Positions 1 through 11,436 of a DNA stretch of 64,000 bases are shown here, in pieces (positions within the stretch are counted from its first letter, which is position 1; each line of letters opens with the position of its first letter). The notes under the pieces were generated by a model. The model made no database searches and was not told where the DNA came from. It saw nothing but the letters and a program-made list of their open reading frames with translations. Source of the DNA: Planktothrix sp. GU0601_MAG3. GTDB taxonomy: Bacteria > Cyanobacteriota > Cyanobacteriia > Cyanobacteriales > Microcoleaceae. Both the position numbers and the translations under genes were made by a program. Location: contig CP136572.1 in assembly GCA_035193785.1 (NCBI GenBank), positions 3,668,578 to 3,732,577 on the forward strand, in the 5' to 3' direction.

Positions 1-238
1 ATTGATCTATTACCCTCTCATTCCCTGGGTCTACCAGGGAATGACCATCGCAGGTTCTGCCCCTAAAAAAACTATCCTAAATTATAGGAAAAAATCCTTA
101 ACCCTATAGGGAAAAGAGGGGCAGAGCTACCAAAACAGCATTTATAGGTAGAACCTAGAAACAATAAAAAACCTAGAAACGAGGTTAACCTAGAAACGAG
201 AAAATAAAAGTAATCAGAGCCAACCAAAACAAAATTTT

Positions 239-2180
239 ATGAGTATTAAAAAAAGGCCTAAATTACCCAGTTCCCAAAAAGTTACCCAAATTTTATTAAT
301 CTCCGCCGGAGTAATCTTAATCGGAAATTGGTTGTTTCCTCAACTGACTCGCCCCCGTTTTCCCAAAGTTCCCTATAGTTTTTTTATCCAACAAATTGAA
401 GATGGTAAAGTCTCAAAAGTTTTAGTCGGAGAAAACGAAATTCTTTACCAAATTAAAGCACAAAATGAACAACCGGAAAGAATTTTATCCACAACCCCAA
501 TTTTTGATTTAGAAACTGCCCAAACGTTTAGAAACTCGAGGAATTGAATTCGCCGCCTCTCCCCCTCCCAAACAAAGTTGGGTGAATGTAATCTTAAATT
601 GGGTAATTCCGCCTTTGATTTTAGTGGTGGCGTTTCAATATTTTATGAAACGAGATCCCCAAGGGGCCTTATCTATTAATAAAAGTAAAGCCAAGGTTTT
701 TGTTAAAGGTGAAACCGATAATATTACCTTTGCAGATGTGGCGGGAGTCGATGAAGCCAAAATCGAATTAGCGGAAATTGTTGATTTCCTGAAAAGTCCC
801 CAAAGATTCACCGAAATTGGGGCGAAAATTCCCAAAGGCGTGCTATTAGTTGGCCCCCCAGGAACGGGAAAAACCCTATTAGGAAAAGCCGTAGCTGGAG
901 AGGCGGGAGTTCCCTTTTTTAGTATATCGGGTTCGGAGTTTATTGAGCTATTTGTGGGAACCGGAGCCGCCCGGGTGCGAGATTTATTTGAACAGGCTAA
1001 AAAGAAAGCTCCCTGTATTATTTTTATTGATGAATTAGATGCTATTGGTAAGTCCAGAAGTAGCGGAAGTTTCCAAAGTGGCAGTAACGATGAACGAGAA
1101 CAAACCCTAAATCAATTATTAACTGAAATGGATGGGTTTGGGGTAGGAGATGCGACGGTAATTGTATTAGCCGCCACCAACCGCCCCGAAGCTTTAGACG
1201 CGGCATTATTACGCCCCGGAAGGTTTGATAGACAGGTATTAGTCGATAGACCCGATTTGGCTGGACGCAAAGCGGTTTTAGAAATTTATGCTAAAAAAGT
1301 TAAATTAGAAATGGATGTTGATTTACACACCATTGCCACCAGAACTCCCGGTTTTGGCGGGGCAGAATTAGCGAATTTAGTCAATGAAGCTGCCCTCTTA
1401 GCCGCTAGAAACCAACGTAAATTGGTTAAACAAGAGGATTTTTATGAAGCCATTGAAAGGGTGGTTGCCGGGTTAGAAAAACGCAGTCGCGTGTTAAACG
1501 AAAAAGAGAAGAAAATTGTCGCCTATCATGAAGTTGGTCATGCCATTGTCGGGGCGTTAATGCCGGGGGGCGGAAAGGTTACTAAAATTTCCATTGTGCC
1601 CAGGGGAATGTCGGCGTTAGGTTATACTTTAAGAATGCCAACGGAAGACCGTTTTTTAATGGATGAAATCGAATTTAGCGAACAAATTGCCATGCTATTA
1701 GGCGGACGGTCTGCTGAAGAAATAGTCTTTGGAAATGTTACCAATGGTGCCTCCGATGACCTACAACGGGCAACGGAATTAGCCGAAAGAATGGTACTTA
1801 ATTATGGCATGAGCAAAGCCTTGGGGCCCCTAGCCTATGAAAAAGCCAAAGTGAATAATTTTTTAGGCAATTCAGACGCAAATATTCGCCGTCCCATGAG
1901 TGAAAAAACCGCCGAAGCCATTGATGATGAAGTTAAGGATATTGTTAATAATGCCCATGAAAAAGCTTTAGAGATTTTGAATTATAACCGAGACTTATTA
2001 ACAGAAATTGCTCAAAAAGTATTAGAAACAGAAGTCATAGAAGGGGATGAATTACAACAGTTATTAGATCGGGTTTCAACCCGTATCTTGATAAGAATGC
2101 GATCGCTTAACTTTAGAGCAAAAAATCACGTCAAGTACCTGTTCATAAGTCAAGAGACAAGTGAACGGAAAAATATCTAA
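239..2180 (+). CDS. ftsH: ATP-dependent zinc metalloprotease FtsH (split by +1 A at 512-516; true stop may be 2091)
   Basis: GPPGTGKT Walker A, FIDELD Walker B, HEVGH zinc motif; removing one A at GAAAC 512-516 joins ORFs 239..547 and 582..2180 ([18 protein letters not shown]). Confidence 0.95.
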
Positions 2181-2264
2181 TAAGTCTGTATTAATTCTAA
2201 ATAGAATAGCTTAAAATTTATTGACAGCCTCCCAAAAGTATGTCAAGGAAAGTCACGTTTATTA

Positions 2265-3776
2265 CTAGGCTTCAACTGCCACAATTCCCATCATGCCAAG
2301 ATCTTCGTGATCAAGAATATGGCAGTGATATACGGTTTTTCCAGTAAAATCGCGGAAGGGAATCCGAATCCTAACGGTTTCATTAGCTCGAATTCGTAGC
2401 GTGTCTCCCCATGCCTGATAGGGATCGGGTTTACCATTGCGACTAATTACTTGAAAGGGATTAGTATGTAGGTGAAAAGAATGTTCCATACCATCGGGAT
2501 CGACATTTACAAGCTCCCAATCTTCAATTGTTCCCAACTTGACGGCGGCATCAACTCGATTCATATCAAAGGTTTTATTATTAAATAAAAAAGCCATTTG
2601 CATACCCATGCCATTACCCATACCCATCAACATTGATAGTTCAATCCGACGAGTTTTAATAGGTTGAGGCAATGTTTCAACCGGAATCAGTTTTTCCGGT
2701 AGGGGGAGTGGTGTGGCGATCGCATCTTTATAGGTCAAGGTCGCAATCAGATCAGGCTGATTGGATATAGGCGCTGAACTCCCCATACCACCCATCATCC
2801 CGCCGCCCATCATCCCACCGCCCATCATCCCGCCCCCCATCATTCCCATGCCCCCACCGCGATCATAGGGCAGGCTGAGTAAACGATATTGCCCCGGTGG
2901 ACGATTGCCCTGAACCAATACCTCGGCCCGTTCACCCGGAGATAACAATAGTTCGCGCATTTCCACGGGTTGGGCGACGCTACCCCCATCGGTCGCAATT
3001 AAGTAAAACGGATGATCTTCCAAGCTGAGACGATAAAACCGGGAGGTGGAAGCATTCACAATCCGAAATCGCAACAGTCCACCGGAGGGTATGGTAAATG
3101 TTGGGTTCACCTGGCCATTGACGGTGAGAATCGCTCCTTCGCGCCCACGCATCAATTCAATATGACCGGGGGCGGGAATTTGTCCATTGGCATCCAGGGC
3201 AAAGTCTTTCAAAAACAGAAATTCCTCCCTAGCCGCTCTAATTTCTGGAATATCATCCAATTCGCCGCGCACGACAAAGATGCCACCCAACCCACCAAAT
3301 ACCTGCTCTGCGACCAATTCATGGAGATGGGGATGGTAATAAAAGGTTCCAGATGGATGATTTTTCGGTAGGGTGAATTCGTAGGTTTGGGTTTCGCCAG
3401 GAGAGACGCTAAGAAAGATATTATCCGCATTTCCAGTTGGGGGAATATGCAGACCGTGATAGTGGAGATTTGTGGCTTGGGAGAGCTTATTTGTAAAATG
3501 GATTTTTACGGTGTCTCCGGGCTTGGCTTCTAGGCGTGGGCCGGGAATTTGGCCGTTGTAGGTCAATAGGTTTCCCTGTTGCTGTCCCAGTCTGATTAAA
3601 CCAGGACGTGCTTCTAATGCCGTCTCTAATAGGCCGTTGCTACTGGTGGTGAGCGCCGTTGCATTAGCTGATTGAATCGACGGTGCTGAGGTGGTATTGC
3701 GGCTGCACTGGGTTAATACGGCGATCGCAGTACCAGCACTAAGAAGGAGAAACTGGCGACGGTTGATTAAATACAT
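2265..3776 (-). CDS. Tat-exported multicopper oxidase (CueO/SufI-like) with Met/Gly-rich linker
   Basis: INRRQFL twin-arginine signal; HYHG, YHPH, HSFHLH and HCHILDHEDLGMM copper motifs; GGGMM repeats. Confidence 0.93.
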   Translation of the reverse strand: MYLINRRQFLLLSAGTAIAVLTQCSRNTTSAPSIQSANATALTTSSNGLLETALEARPGLIRLGQQQGNLLTYNGQIPGPRLEAKPGDTVKIHFTNKLSQATNLHYHGLHIPPTGNADNIFLSVSPGETQTYEFTLPKNHPSGTFYYHPHLHELVAEQVFGGLGGIFVVRGELDDIPEIRAAREEFLFLKDFALDANGQIPAPGHIELMRGREGAILTVNGQVNPTFTIPSGGLLRFRIVNASTSRFYRLSLEDHPFYLIATDGGSVAQPVEMRELLLSPGERAEVLVQGNRPPGQYRLLSLPYDRGGGMGMMGGGMMGGGMMGGGMMGGMGSSAPISNQPDLIATLTYKDAIATPLPLPEKLIPVETLPQPIKTRRIELSMLMGMGNGMGMQMAFLFNNKTFDMNRVDAAVKLGTIEDWELVNVDPDGMEHSFHLHTNPFQVISRNGKPDPYQAWGDTLRIRANETVRIRIPFRDFTGKTVYHCHILDHEDLGMMGIVAVEA

Positions 3777-3821
3777 ATTTGATCTAGGGTAATTGCTTGA
3801 TCTCCAGCTTGACTAAGTAAA

Positions 3822-3838
3822 ATGAAATCGGGATGAAA
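3822..3838 (-). promoter_or_regulatory. TTTCAT-N5-TTTCAT direct repeat (CopR/OmpR-type box) upstream of the multicopper oxidase
   Basis: Plus strand ATGAAA 3822-3827 and 3833-3838, 11-bp period, about 45 bp upstream of the ATG at 3776. Confidence 0.55.
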
Positions 3839-3903
3839 TTGTTAGTATGTAAGGGATATATAATCAAAAACGGTCTACAACATTGGTAACTCTCCGGTCA
3901 AAT

Positions 3904-4004
3904 AGGACTTGCGCACCAAACCCGGTTTCTGAACTAGAAATCTCGATTTCATCCGCAAAATCAGGGCTAGAAACCCGGTTTCTTTGGTCTTGTGCGTAAG
4001 TCCT
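3904..4004. mobile_element. MITE-like element with terminal inverted repeats and target-site duplication
   Basis: TIRs AGGACTTGCGCAC / GTGCGTAAGTCCT; GTCAAAT directly repeated at 3897-3903 and 4005-4011; internal AAACCCGGTTTCT palindromes. Confidence 0.75.
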
Positions 4005-4063
4005 GTCAAATCTGGGATTAATGCGATAAAGTAAACGATCTAGCACCACTGACTAAACTTGCC

Positions 4064-5251
4064 ATGCCTAAAACTTCCTCAACCCAGAATCTAATATCCA
4101 CTTCGGTTGTGAGTTTAAATATTGCCCCAGCCCAAGTTTTACGCGGCAATAACGCCTTAACACAAGCAGGAGAGGCGATCGCAGGCTTTGGTCAACGTCC
4201 GGTAATTATTGGTGGCGATCGCTCCTTACCCCTCACTGTTCAAGCCCTACAACCGATTTTAGAGCGTCATCAACTGCAATATTCTCAATTCTCCTACGGT
4301 GCTGACTGTAGCGAAACTAGCCTAACCGCCGGAGTTCAAGCCGTCACCAACCATAAGGCTGATTTTATCATCGGGACGGGGGGCGGAAAGGCCCTGGATG
4401 CAGCTAAACTGATCGCCCATCAATGCCATCTCCCCATTGTTACCATTCCCACTTCTGGGGCGACCTGCGCCGCTTGGACAGCCCTTTCTAACGTTTATTC
4501 CGAGGATGGGGCGTTTTTATATGATGTTAGTTTAGCCCGTTGTCCCGATTTATTGATTTTGGACTATAACTTAATTCAGACTGCTCCCCAACGGATGTTA
4601 GTGGCGGGTATTGGGGATGCGATCGCTAAATGGTATGAAGCCAGCGTCAGCAGTGGACATTCCGATCAAACCTTCATGATCGCTGCGGTACAACAGGCGC
4701 GAGTTCTCCGAGATATATTATTACAAAAATCCTTAACTGCCCTACAAGAACCGGGGGGCGAAACCTGGCGGGAAGTCGTCGATGCGACGGTATTACTGGC
4801 GGGAGTCATTGGCGGTATTGGGGGGGCCCAATGTCGTACCGTGGCGGCCCATGCGGTTCATAATGGGTTAACCCATGTTGCGGCTAGTCATGGGACTTTA
4901 CACGGGGAAAAGGTCGCCTTTGGAATTTTAGTACAACTGCGTTTAGAAGAAATGGTACAAGGCAACCAACTCGCGGCCACTGCTAGACAACAATTATTAA
5001 AGTTTTACACCGATTTGGGCCTACCCCAAACCCTGAATGATTTGGGAATGGGCGAAATTACCTTAACCCAACTGCGACAAGCCGCCGACGTTGCTTGTAA
5101 TGAGCGTTCTGATATTCACCGTTTACCGTTTAAAGTGGTTCCAGAACAATTAATGGCAGCCATGGTATCAACAACTTCCCCAGGGGAATTACGAGTTACG
5201 AATTACGAATTACGAGTGGGGAATACTAAAGACCCTTACCCAGAGTCCTAG
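4064..5251 (+). CDS. Iron-containing alcohol dehydrogenase family (glycerol dehydrogenase-like)
   Basis: GTGGGKALDAAK, PTSGATCA, AGIGDAIAKWYEA, HAVHNGL, HGEKVAFG motifs. Confidence 0.88.
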   Translation: MPKTSSTQNLISTSVVSLNIAPAQVLRGNNALTQAGEAIAGFGQRPVIIGGDRSLPLTVQALQPILERHQLQYSQFSYGADCSETSLTAGVQAVTNHKADFIIGTGGGKALDAAKLIAHQCHLPIVTIPTSGATCAAWTALSNVYSEDGAFLYDVSLARCPDLLILDYNLIQTAPQRMLVAGIGDAIAKWYEASVSSGHSDQTFMIAAVQQARVLRDILLQKSLTALQEPGGETWREVVDATVLLAGVIGGIGGAQCRTVAAHAVHNGLTHVAASHGTLHGEKVAFGILVQLRLEEMVQGNQLAATARQQLLKFYTDLGLPQTLNDLGMGEITLTQLRQAADVACNERSDIHRLPFKVVPEQLMAAMVSTTSPGELRVTNYELRVGNTKDPYPES

Positions 5252-5439
5252 ACAAATTGCGATATCAGAATTAAGAATTGAGAAGGGAAATAAAAAACCA
5301 GACCCCATTGGGGGAAAATAAAGAATCACTAATTAGGGTTAGAGATTGAATTATTCTGTTTCAATATCAAAACCTTAGATAAGAATGGATTTTTTTTCTT
5401 GCTACTGAACACATTAGTTTTAACCTAACATAATCGACA

Positions 5440-6627
5440 ATGACATTAGATTGGATTAGCCCTGCTGACCGGATACAAGCCTTACCTCCCTATGTTTTTG
5501 CCCGTTTAGATGAATTGAAAGCTAACGCCCGTCAACAGGGCTTAGATTTAATTGATTTAGGCATGGGAAACCCTGATGGGGCGACACCTCAACCTATCGT
5601 TGAAGCCGCCATTCAAGCATTAAAAAATCCGGCAAATCATGGCTATCCACCCTTTGAAGGAACCGCTAATTTTAGACTAGCAATTACTAATTGGTATCAC
5701 CGTCGTTATGGTGTTTCCCTCGACCCCAATGGTGAAGCCTTACCCCTATTAGGGTCAAAGGAAGGATTAGGTCATTTAGCCTTAGCTTATATTAATCCAG
5801 GGGATTTAGTCTTAGTTCCTAGTCCTTCCTATCCCGTGCATTTTCGCGGGCCAATAATTGCCGGGGGAAAGGTTCATTCTATTATTTTGAAACCGGAAAA
5901 TAACTGGTTAATTGATTTAGGATCTATTCCTGATTCTATTGCTGAACAAGCTAAAATTCTCTATTTTAATTATCCCAGTAACCCCACGGGTGCCACCGCC
6001 CCCAGGGAGTTTTTTGAAGAAATTGTTGCCTTTGCCCATAAATATCAAATTCTGCTGGTGCATGATTTATGTTATGCCGAATTAGCCTTTGACGGTTATC
6101 AACCCACCAGTTTATTAGAAATTCCTGGAGGAAAAGAAATTGGCGTAGAATTCCACACTATGTCTAAAACCTATAATATGGCAGGTTGGCGAGTGGGATT
6201 TGCGGTGGGAAATTCTAAGGTTTTACAAGGGTTAAGAACCTTAAAAACTAATTTAGATTATGGGGTATTTTCGGCTTTACAAACGGCGGCAGAAATGGCT
6301 TTAAGTTTACCGGATTCTTACCTCAAAGAAGTTCAAGAACGTTATTGTACCCGGCGAGATTTTTTAATTGAAGGGTTAGCAGAATTAGGCTGGAATGTGC
6401 CTAAAACCTTAGCTACAATGTATTTATGGGTTCCCTGTCCTCCAGGCATGAATTCCACGGATTTTGCCCTCACGGTCTTACAACAAACGGGTGTGGTTTT
6501 TACCCCAGGAAATGCCTTTGGTATTGGTGGAGAAGGCTATTTTAGAATTAGTTTAATTGCGGATTGCGATCGCTTGGGAGAAGCCCTAAAACGCTTAAAA
6601 GATGCCAATATTCGGTATCAACCCTAA
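5440..6627 (+). CDS. PLP-dependent class I/II aminotransferase (aspartate / LL-DAP aminotransferase-like)
   Basis: NYPSNPTG, DLCY, SKTYNMAGWRVG motifs. Confidence 0.88.
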   Translation: MTLDWISPADRIQALPPYVFARLDELKANARQQGLDLIDLGMGNPDGATPQPIVEAAIQALKNPANHGYPPFEGTANFRLAITNWYHRRYGVSLDPNGEALPLLGSKEGLGHLALAYINPGDLVLVPSPSYPVHFRGPIIAGGKVHSIILKPENNWLIDLGSIPDSIAEQAKILYFNYPSNPTGATAPREFFEEIVAFAHKYQILLVHDLCYAELAFDGYQPTSLLEIPGGKEIGVEFHTMSKTYNMAGWRVGFAVGNSKVLQGLRTLKTNLDYGVFSALQTAAEMALSLPDSYLKEVQERYCTRRDFLIEGLAELGWNVPKTLATMYLWVPCPPGMNSTDFALTVLQQTGVVFTPGNAFGIGGEGYFRISLIADCDRLGEALKRLKDANIRYQP

Positions 6628-6718
6628 GCCGTTGTTGGGCCGTTGTTGGGCTTTAGCCCTTCCTCAAGGAGTGCTGAAGCACAACAACGGGGAAAGTTAT
6701 TAATCTTATGAATAATTA

Positions 6719-7909
6719 TTGAATATGGATAATGAAAACAATCTGAATTTATGTGATTTTATTACTCAAAAAATCAAGAAAAATCCTCAAAATAGAATTA
6801 CTTTTGCTGATTATATGAACTGGGTTCTATATCACCCTGAATATGGATATTATAGCATCAATAAACCCAAATTAGGGGCGGAAGGAGATTTTGTTACTTC
6901 TCCCTATTTAGGATCGGATTTTGGGGAAATGTTAGCAGAACAATTTTTCCAAATGTGGGAAATGCTGGATTGTCCTAACGCCTTTACTTTAGTAGAAATG
7001 GGTGCGGGACAGGGAATATTAGCCAGCGATATTCTGTTATATTTACAAAAAAAATATCCTGAATTTTTTAAATGTTTAAATTATATTATTATCGAGAAAT
7101 CCAACTTTCTCAAAGCTCAACAACAACACCAACTGCAAAAAACCCTCGCCGCTTCACTATCAATTCAATGGTGTGACCTGGAGGATATTCCAAATAGTAA
7201 TATTATCGGCTGTTTTTTCTCCAATGAATTAGTTGATGCTTTTCCCGTCCATCAAGTTATTGTCCAAAACAAACAACTTCAAGAAATTTATATTACCTTA
7301 GATTCAGAAGTAAAATTTAAAGAAATTATTGCCGAACTTTCTACCGAAAAAATTACAGACTATTTTAAATTAATTGATATTGATTTATGCTCTAATCTTT
7401 ACCCAGAAGGATATCGAACTGAGGTTAATTTAGCCGCCCTAGACTGGATGAAAACCCTGGCTACTAAACTAAATCAGGGCTTTATTCTAACAATTGATTA
7501 TGGTTACACCGCCCAACGATATTATCTTCCCAGTCGCAGAGAAGGAACCCTACAATGTTATTATCAACATCGTCATCATAACGATCCCTATCTGAATATC
7601 GGTCGCCAGGATATCACCGCCCATGTTAACTTTACCGCCTTACAACTTTATGGGAAAAACTGGGGAATTGACCCTCTTGGGTTTACACAACAGGCTTTAT
7701 TTTTAATGGCTTTAGGGTTAGGCGATCGCATCGCCGCCCTTTCTCAACCCTCAAACTATTCTATTTCAGAAATATTACAAAGACGAGAATGCTTACACTC
7801 TTTAATTGATCCCATGGGTTTAGGCAACTTTGGCGTCCTTCTACAATCTAAAGGCTTGAGTCCATCTCAACAACAAATTCCCCTTAAAGGTTTCAGTTTT
7901 CCCCTTTAA
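6719..7909 (+). CDS. SAM-dependent methyltransferase, MidA/NDUFAF7 family
   Basis: GDFVTSP, VEMGAGQG, FSNELVDAFP, IDYG, QDITAHVNF motifs. Confidence 0.88.
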   Translation: MNMDNENNLNLCDFITQKIKKNPQNRITFADYMNWVLYHPEYGYYSINKPKLGAEGDFVTSPYLGSDFGEMLAEQFFQMWEMLDCPNAFTLVEMGAGQGILASDILLYLQKKYPEFFKCLNYIIIEKSNFLKAQQQHQLQKTLAASLSIQWCDLEDIPNSNIIGCFFSNELVDAFPVHQVIVQNKQLQEIYITLDSEVKFKEIIAELSTEKITDYFKLIDIDLCSNLYPEGYRTEVNLAALDWMKTLATKLNQGFILTIDYGYTAQRYYLPSRREGTLQCYYQHRHHNDPYLNIGRQDITAHVNFTALQLYGKNWGIDPLGFTQQALFLMALGLGDRIAALSQPSNYSISEILQRRECLHSLIDPMGLGNFGVLLQSKGLSPSQQQIPLKGFSFPL

Positions 7910-8316
7910 GGCCCCAAAAAGCCCCGATAGTCTAAAAACATGATGCTGATCTGCGTTTTTTTGCGGACATTGCAGAATCGAAAGTATTTTTTATCACATA
8001 CATACGGAGATTTTATACGGAATCTTACGATCAAACTCGCAACTTTTATCTTCAAATATTGATTTTTATTTTAGGTAGATAGAAAGCCCACACATCCTAT
8101 AGAAAGGTTTTTTGAGATGATTTCATCATCCCTTTATATTTGTACCGACCCACTGTAAACCTTCGGTAAAAAAAACCAATATTTACCAAAACCTATAGAC
8201 AACCCCAAATTGATTGCGTAATATTGGTAACAAGGTAGAGCAAGGAAATCAAAAACTCCCAAGTTTTAACACCTTGTTTCTACCCCAGGCTATAAAATAT
8301 AAAGGATGAGGCTGAG

Positions 8317-9151
8317 ATGAAAAACACACTATCTAAAATTATCGGTTCTACTATATTAGCTACTGGAGTTGCCGTTTCCTTGGTTGCCGCACCTGCACAA
8401 GCGGGAAATGGAAATGGAAATAATCAAAAGACAACAACAACAACTCCAACAACAACAACTCCAACAACAACAACTCCAACAACAACAACTCCAACAACAA
8501 CAACTCCAACAACCTCCAGTTTCACACTCCTGGATACAAAAACCTTTGGATTTAGCAATATCTTCCTGAATCCCACCACCCAGACTTCTGACAATACAAA
8601 TGGAGATGGTATTGTCAACCAGTTCAATTTTAGCGTAAGCAAAACCAGTACCAATAAAGTTCTGTTCCAAATTGGAAATACAGGTGCATTATCAAACTCG
8701 TTTATTAGCCAGATTAAGTTCTCCGATGCTGGTAACTTACTGAATTTTAATGCGTTTGCACCTACTTACAATCTAGGAAATGTTAGTTTTGCATCAGAAA
8801 ATAAAACTTTAGCTCAATCCAATAACATTTCAGGTTGGGTAGACAGCTTTGGTTTTGCATCAACGAAACAAGGTGCTAATCAAGCCGGAATCGACCAAAA
8901 AGAAGCATTAGGCTTACTGTTTGATGGTAACTTTGACAACGTGATTAGTAGTTTGAAATCTAATCAATTAAAAATCGGAATGCACGTTCAAGGTATTACA
9001 GCAACAGGTGGTGGAAGTGACACTTTTGCCAGCTATGTTGCACCTCCCAAACCCCCCGCACCCGTAGAAGTTCCCGAAACCCGCTACATTAGTTGGTTTA
9101 GGTTTAGCCTTCGGTGGAATGCTGGCCTCCCGTCGTCGTCAATCCACCTGA
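8317..9151 (+). CDS. Secreted PEP-CTERM sorting-domain protein with (TTTTP)n linker
   Basis: N-terminal signal peptide; removing one A at GAAAC 9076-9080 gives VPEPATLVGLGLAFGGMLASRRRQST* (stop 9149-9151). Confidence 0.85.
8431..8515 (+). repeat. 15-bp coding tandem repeat (ACAACAACAACTCCA) encoding a Thr/Pro linker
   Basis: About 5 direct copies visible. Confidence 0.9.
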
Positions 9152-9488
9152 GAAAATGATGATTAAATTAGTCATCCCAAACCACTCAAGAATTGCATTA
9201 ATATCCGTCTCACACTGTTGAGACCCTCAGCCTTTATCTTATCCAAATAGTAGCGGTACTCATCATGCCGCTACTTTATTTAAGAAATAGATAACTCCAA
9301 TTCAGGCTACATTTACAAAATTTAATCAATTGTATATCCCAACAATAAAACCACTATCAAAATCAGAGTACAGGGTACATTTATCTATTAATCAACATAT
9401 AATAAACATGAAAAATACAGTTATAACTCAGGTAGAATTTTAATCTCCCTGAGTTTTTTTAAAGTTAGCGATCGCTTTTTATCGAATA

Positions 9489-10503
9489 TTAACTAACGAA
9501 TTGAGGCATGATTTCCGCCGCCGTAAATAAACCATGAATTCCTCGACGATGCAGTTGAATTCCTGCTTTTAAATAGCCGAAAGCTGGCCCACAAACATTA
9601 GCCGCCATGCTGGTTTCATCCCCTAAAGTAAAGGTATGGGTTGAAACTTTCCCTTCAAAAGTTCGGCCAGTAATTTGAACATTGGTACTCAGGGGTTTTT
9701 TAGAATTGCGAGTATCCACAATTCCACCCACCGTAACCCGATCGCGTGAACAAATACCCGCCAACTCTAACATAATATCATCGGCGTGTTCCATATTTTC
9801 CAAGGTCAGTAACCCGCCCGTTTCTGCTAATAAAGCTTCTACCTGGGCATCGCTCATCGCCCTAGCCTGTTCAACGGTATATCCGGGTAAATGACCAATA
9901 TCCTCTCGAATCGTAGCGCGATAGGCCTCCCAGTTGGCGATACCCACCCCAAAAGTAATTTTAACGCTGTGAATTTCCGTGTAACTTTGGGCCGCCAGAG
10001 CCGCGGCGGCGGTTAATAACCCGGGGGTGGCCCCACATCCGGTCATATAGGTAATTCCGGCGGCTTGTAACTCATCTTTGAGTTCTAATAATAATTCCAC
10101 GGCGCTCGTCCGTTTAATGGCATCGACTAATACCCCTCGCCATCCCGACCGAATAAAGGTTTTAGCCACACTAGCCATAAAATCATTGGGTAAATTCGGC
10201 AAAGCCAGAAAATATCCCTCAACCCCTGGGGCCGTTTTCACTAATTCTTCAATACTCTGATTACTCAGAACTCCATGGGGTTTCTAAATATCCCACCGAC
10301 CCTTGAGCTTGATAGATCTCAATACAGCGATTCGGGTTCAGTCCCTCCCCATCGTAAGCATAACCCTTTTGATCGGCTACGGCTACCCACTGCATTTGCT
10401 GTTTTGGGGCTAAAACCCTCGTTGCTGCCTGTCCTAGCCCGCCAAAACCCAAAATTCCCACCCGAATCGGGGACAAACCTGTATTAACCATTACTGGACT
10501 CAT
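9489..10503 (-). CDS. bioU: BioU-type biotin biosynthesis dehydrogenase-fold enzyme (split by +1 at 10280-10284)
   Basis: N-terminal [12 protein letters not shown]ossmann motif, [28 protein letters not shown]; the frame is restored by GTTTC->GTTC. Confidence 0.8.
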
Positions 10504-10624
10504 GAAATCTGATTGAATTTAGACAGTCTTTAATTATATAGCAGAAAAAGAAAGGGTTCAAAAAGTTCGTTATCGGGCTGTGGCGATGTGATTTTGGGGC
10601 CTAAGCCCAACAACGATTAGGGTT

Positions 10625-11248
10625 TTAATTTTCAGCTTCCCCAGCCGTTGGCGGTGAAACGGATGGCTCAGAAGTGGGAGTAGGATTTGTTTCTGATAAT
10701 GCTTCATCGGGTTTAGATGGAGCCGCCGGAGGCACGGTTACGTTAACATTGGGGGCGGGTTGAGGAGCCGCCGGAGGCACGGTTACGTTAACATTGGGGG
10801 CGGGTTGGGGAGCCACCGGAGGCACGGTTACGTTAACATTGGGAGCGGGTTGGGGAGCCGTAGGGGGAACCGTTACGTTAACATTGGGCTTAGGTTGGGG
10901 GACTTGTACGGGAACAGGAACAACTTGAGTTCGATTTCTCTCAATAATCACTGTATCTCGTCCTGGGGCTTGGGTTTTGGGAGTATTAGATTCCGATTTT
11001 CCTGGCCCTACGGTTGGAGCTTTGGAGTCATCGGGTTTAAATAAACTCGGCCAAACTGCAAAACCAATTCCTAATGCTAATAATACGGCAATTCCTATAC
11101 CAATTAATGCACCCCAAGTGATATCATTATTGACTTTAGTTCTTTCGTTTTGACGAATGGATTCATCCCTTACAGGGTCAGGAGTCTGTCCTCGAAGCTC
11201 ATTAATTTCCTGATTAGAATGGGGCTGATCTTGAGGTGTATTATTCAT
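10625..11248 (-). CDS. Single-pass membrane protein with a proline-rich 15-aa repeat
   Basis: TM segment WGALIGIGIAVLLALGIGFAVW; four copies of PQP(K/A)PNVNVTVPPxA (45-bp repeats about 10722-10900). Confidence 0.75.
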   Translation of the reverse strand: MNNTPQDQPHSNQEINELRGQTPDPVRDESIRQNERTKVNNDITWGALIGIGIAVLLALGIGFAVWPSLFKPDDSKAPTVGPGKSESNTPKTQAPGRDTVIIERNRTQVVPVPVQVPQPKPNVNVTVPPTAPQPAPNVNVTVPPVAPQPAPNVNVTVPPAAPQPAPNVNVTVPPAAPSKPDEALSETNPTPTSEPSVSPPTAGEAEN

Positions 11249-11436
11249 AGGTTTTTGCCAAAATTCATCCCAATTAAAAACGAATTGATTTAGATGAGAT
11301 GATTCTGTTTAATATAACTAAAATTCTGGCTTAGATTCATCTATCTGAAGGCATAACCTATTTTGATCTAAAAAATGAGGAAGTTATTATATAGATTGAG
11401 TTAAACTTGATTTTATTAGTTATAATCACTGAAATT

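Noticed and set aside
8356..8670. Cys-rich, poly-Gln and poly-Val ORFs
   Set aside because: Alternative frames of the (TTTTP)n repeat in the PEP-CTERM gene
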